This document shows, in pieces, positions 63,954 to 64,000 of a DNA stretch of 64,000 nt. The stretch is taken from NCBI RefSeq assembly GCF_963921235.1, contig NC_086097.1, positions 220,722,001 to 220,786,000 on the forward strand. The letters are read 5' to 3'. Numbering within the stretch: position 1 is the first letter of the stretch; every line of letters starts with the position of its first letter. Both the position numbers and the translations under genes were made by a program. A model generated the notes under the pieces. It searched no databases, had not been told where the DNA came from, and worked only from the letters and a program-made list of their open reading frames with translations. This DNA comes from Mobula hypostoma (taxonomy: Eukaryota).

Positions 63954-64000
63954 TAGCTGAATGTCCAAAGTTACACATTGTATCGGAGGAATAGGAAGGT

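Overview
Repeat-dense eukaryotic genomic DNA, most likely from a cartilaginous fish (inferred from the repeat families: Penelope-like elements, CR1, Rex/Babar-type LINEs, tRNA-derived SINEs, hAT, Tigger and Tc1). I see no intact protein-coding CDS; almost all of the supplied ORFs are chance ORFs or transposon remnants. A CpG-island promoter at ~35.9-37.3 kb carries YY1, ZNF143/THAP11, NRF1, CCAAT and GC-box motifs. It appears to drive an unidentified minus-strand gene with a first exon near 36.8 kb, a ~36 kb first intron, and candidate small exons at 847-876 and 562-711. These may encode a spliced ~30-40 aa uORF/micropeptide. The most striking recurrent signal is a Penelope-like (RT + GIY-YIG) retroelement family whose 3' region carries a minimal type I hammerhead ribozyme motif (CTGAYGA-A-GGG..CCC-GAAACGTC). 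About 15 intact or degenerate copies occur here. Many sit in tiny non-coding, TSD-flanked fold-back insertions, and one sits in a 2.35 kb element with ~750 bp inverted arms. Coordinates of old repeats are approximate, and family names come from motif recognition, not database searches.
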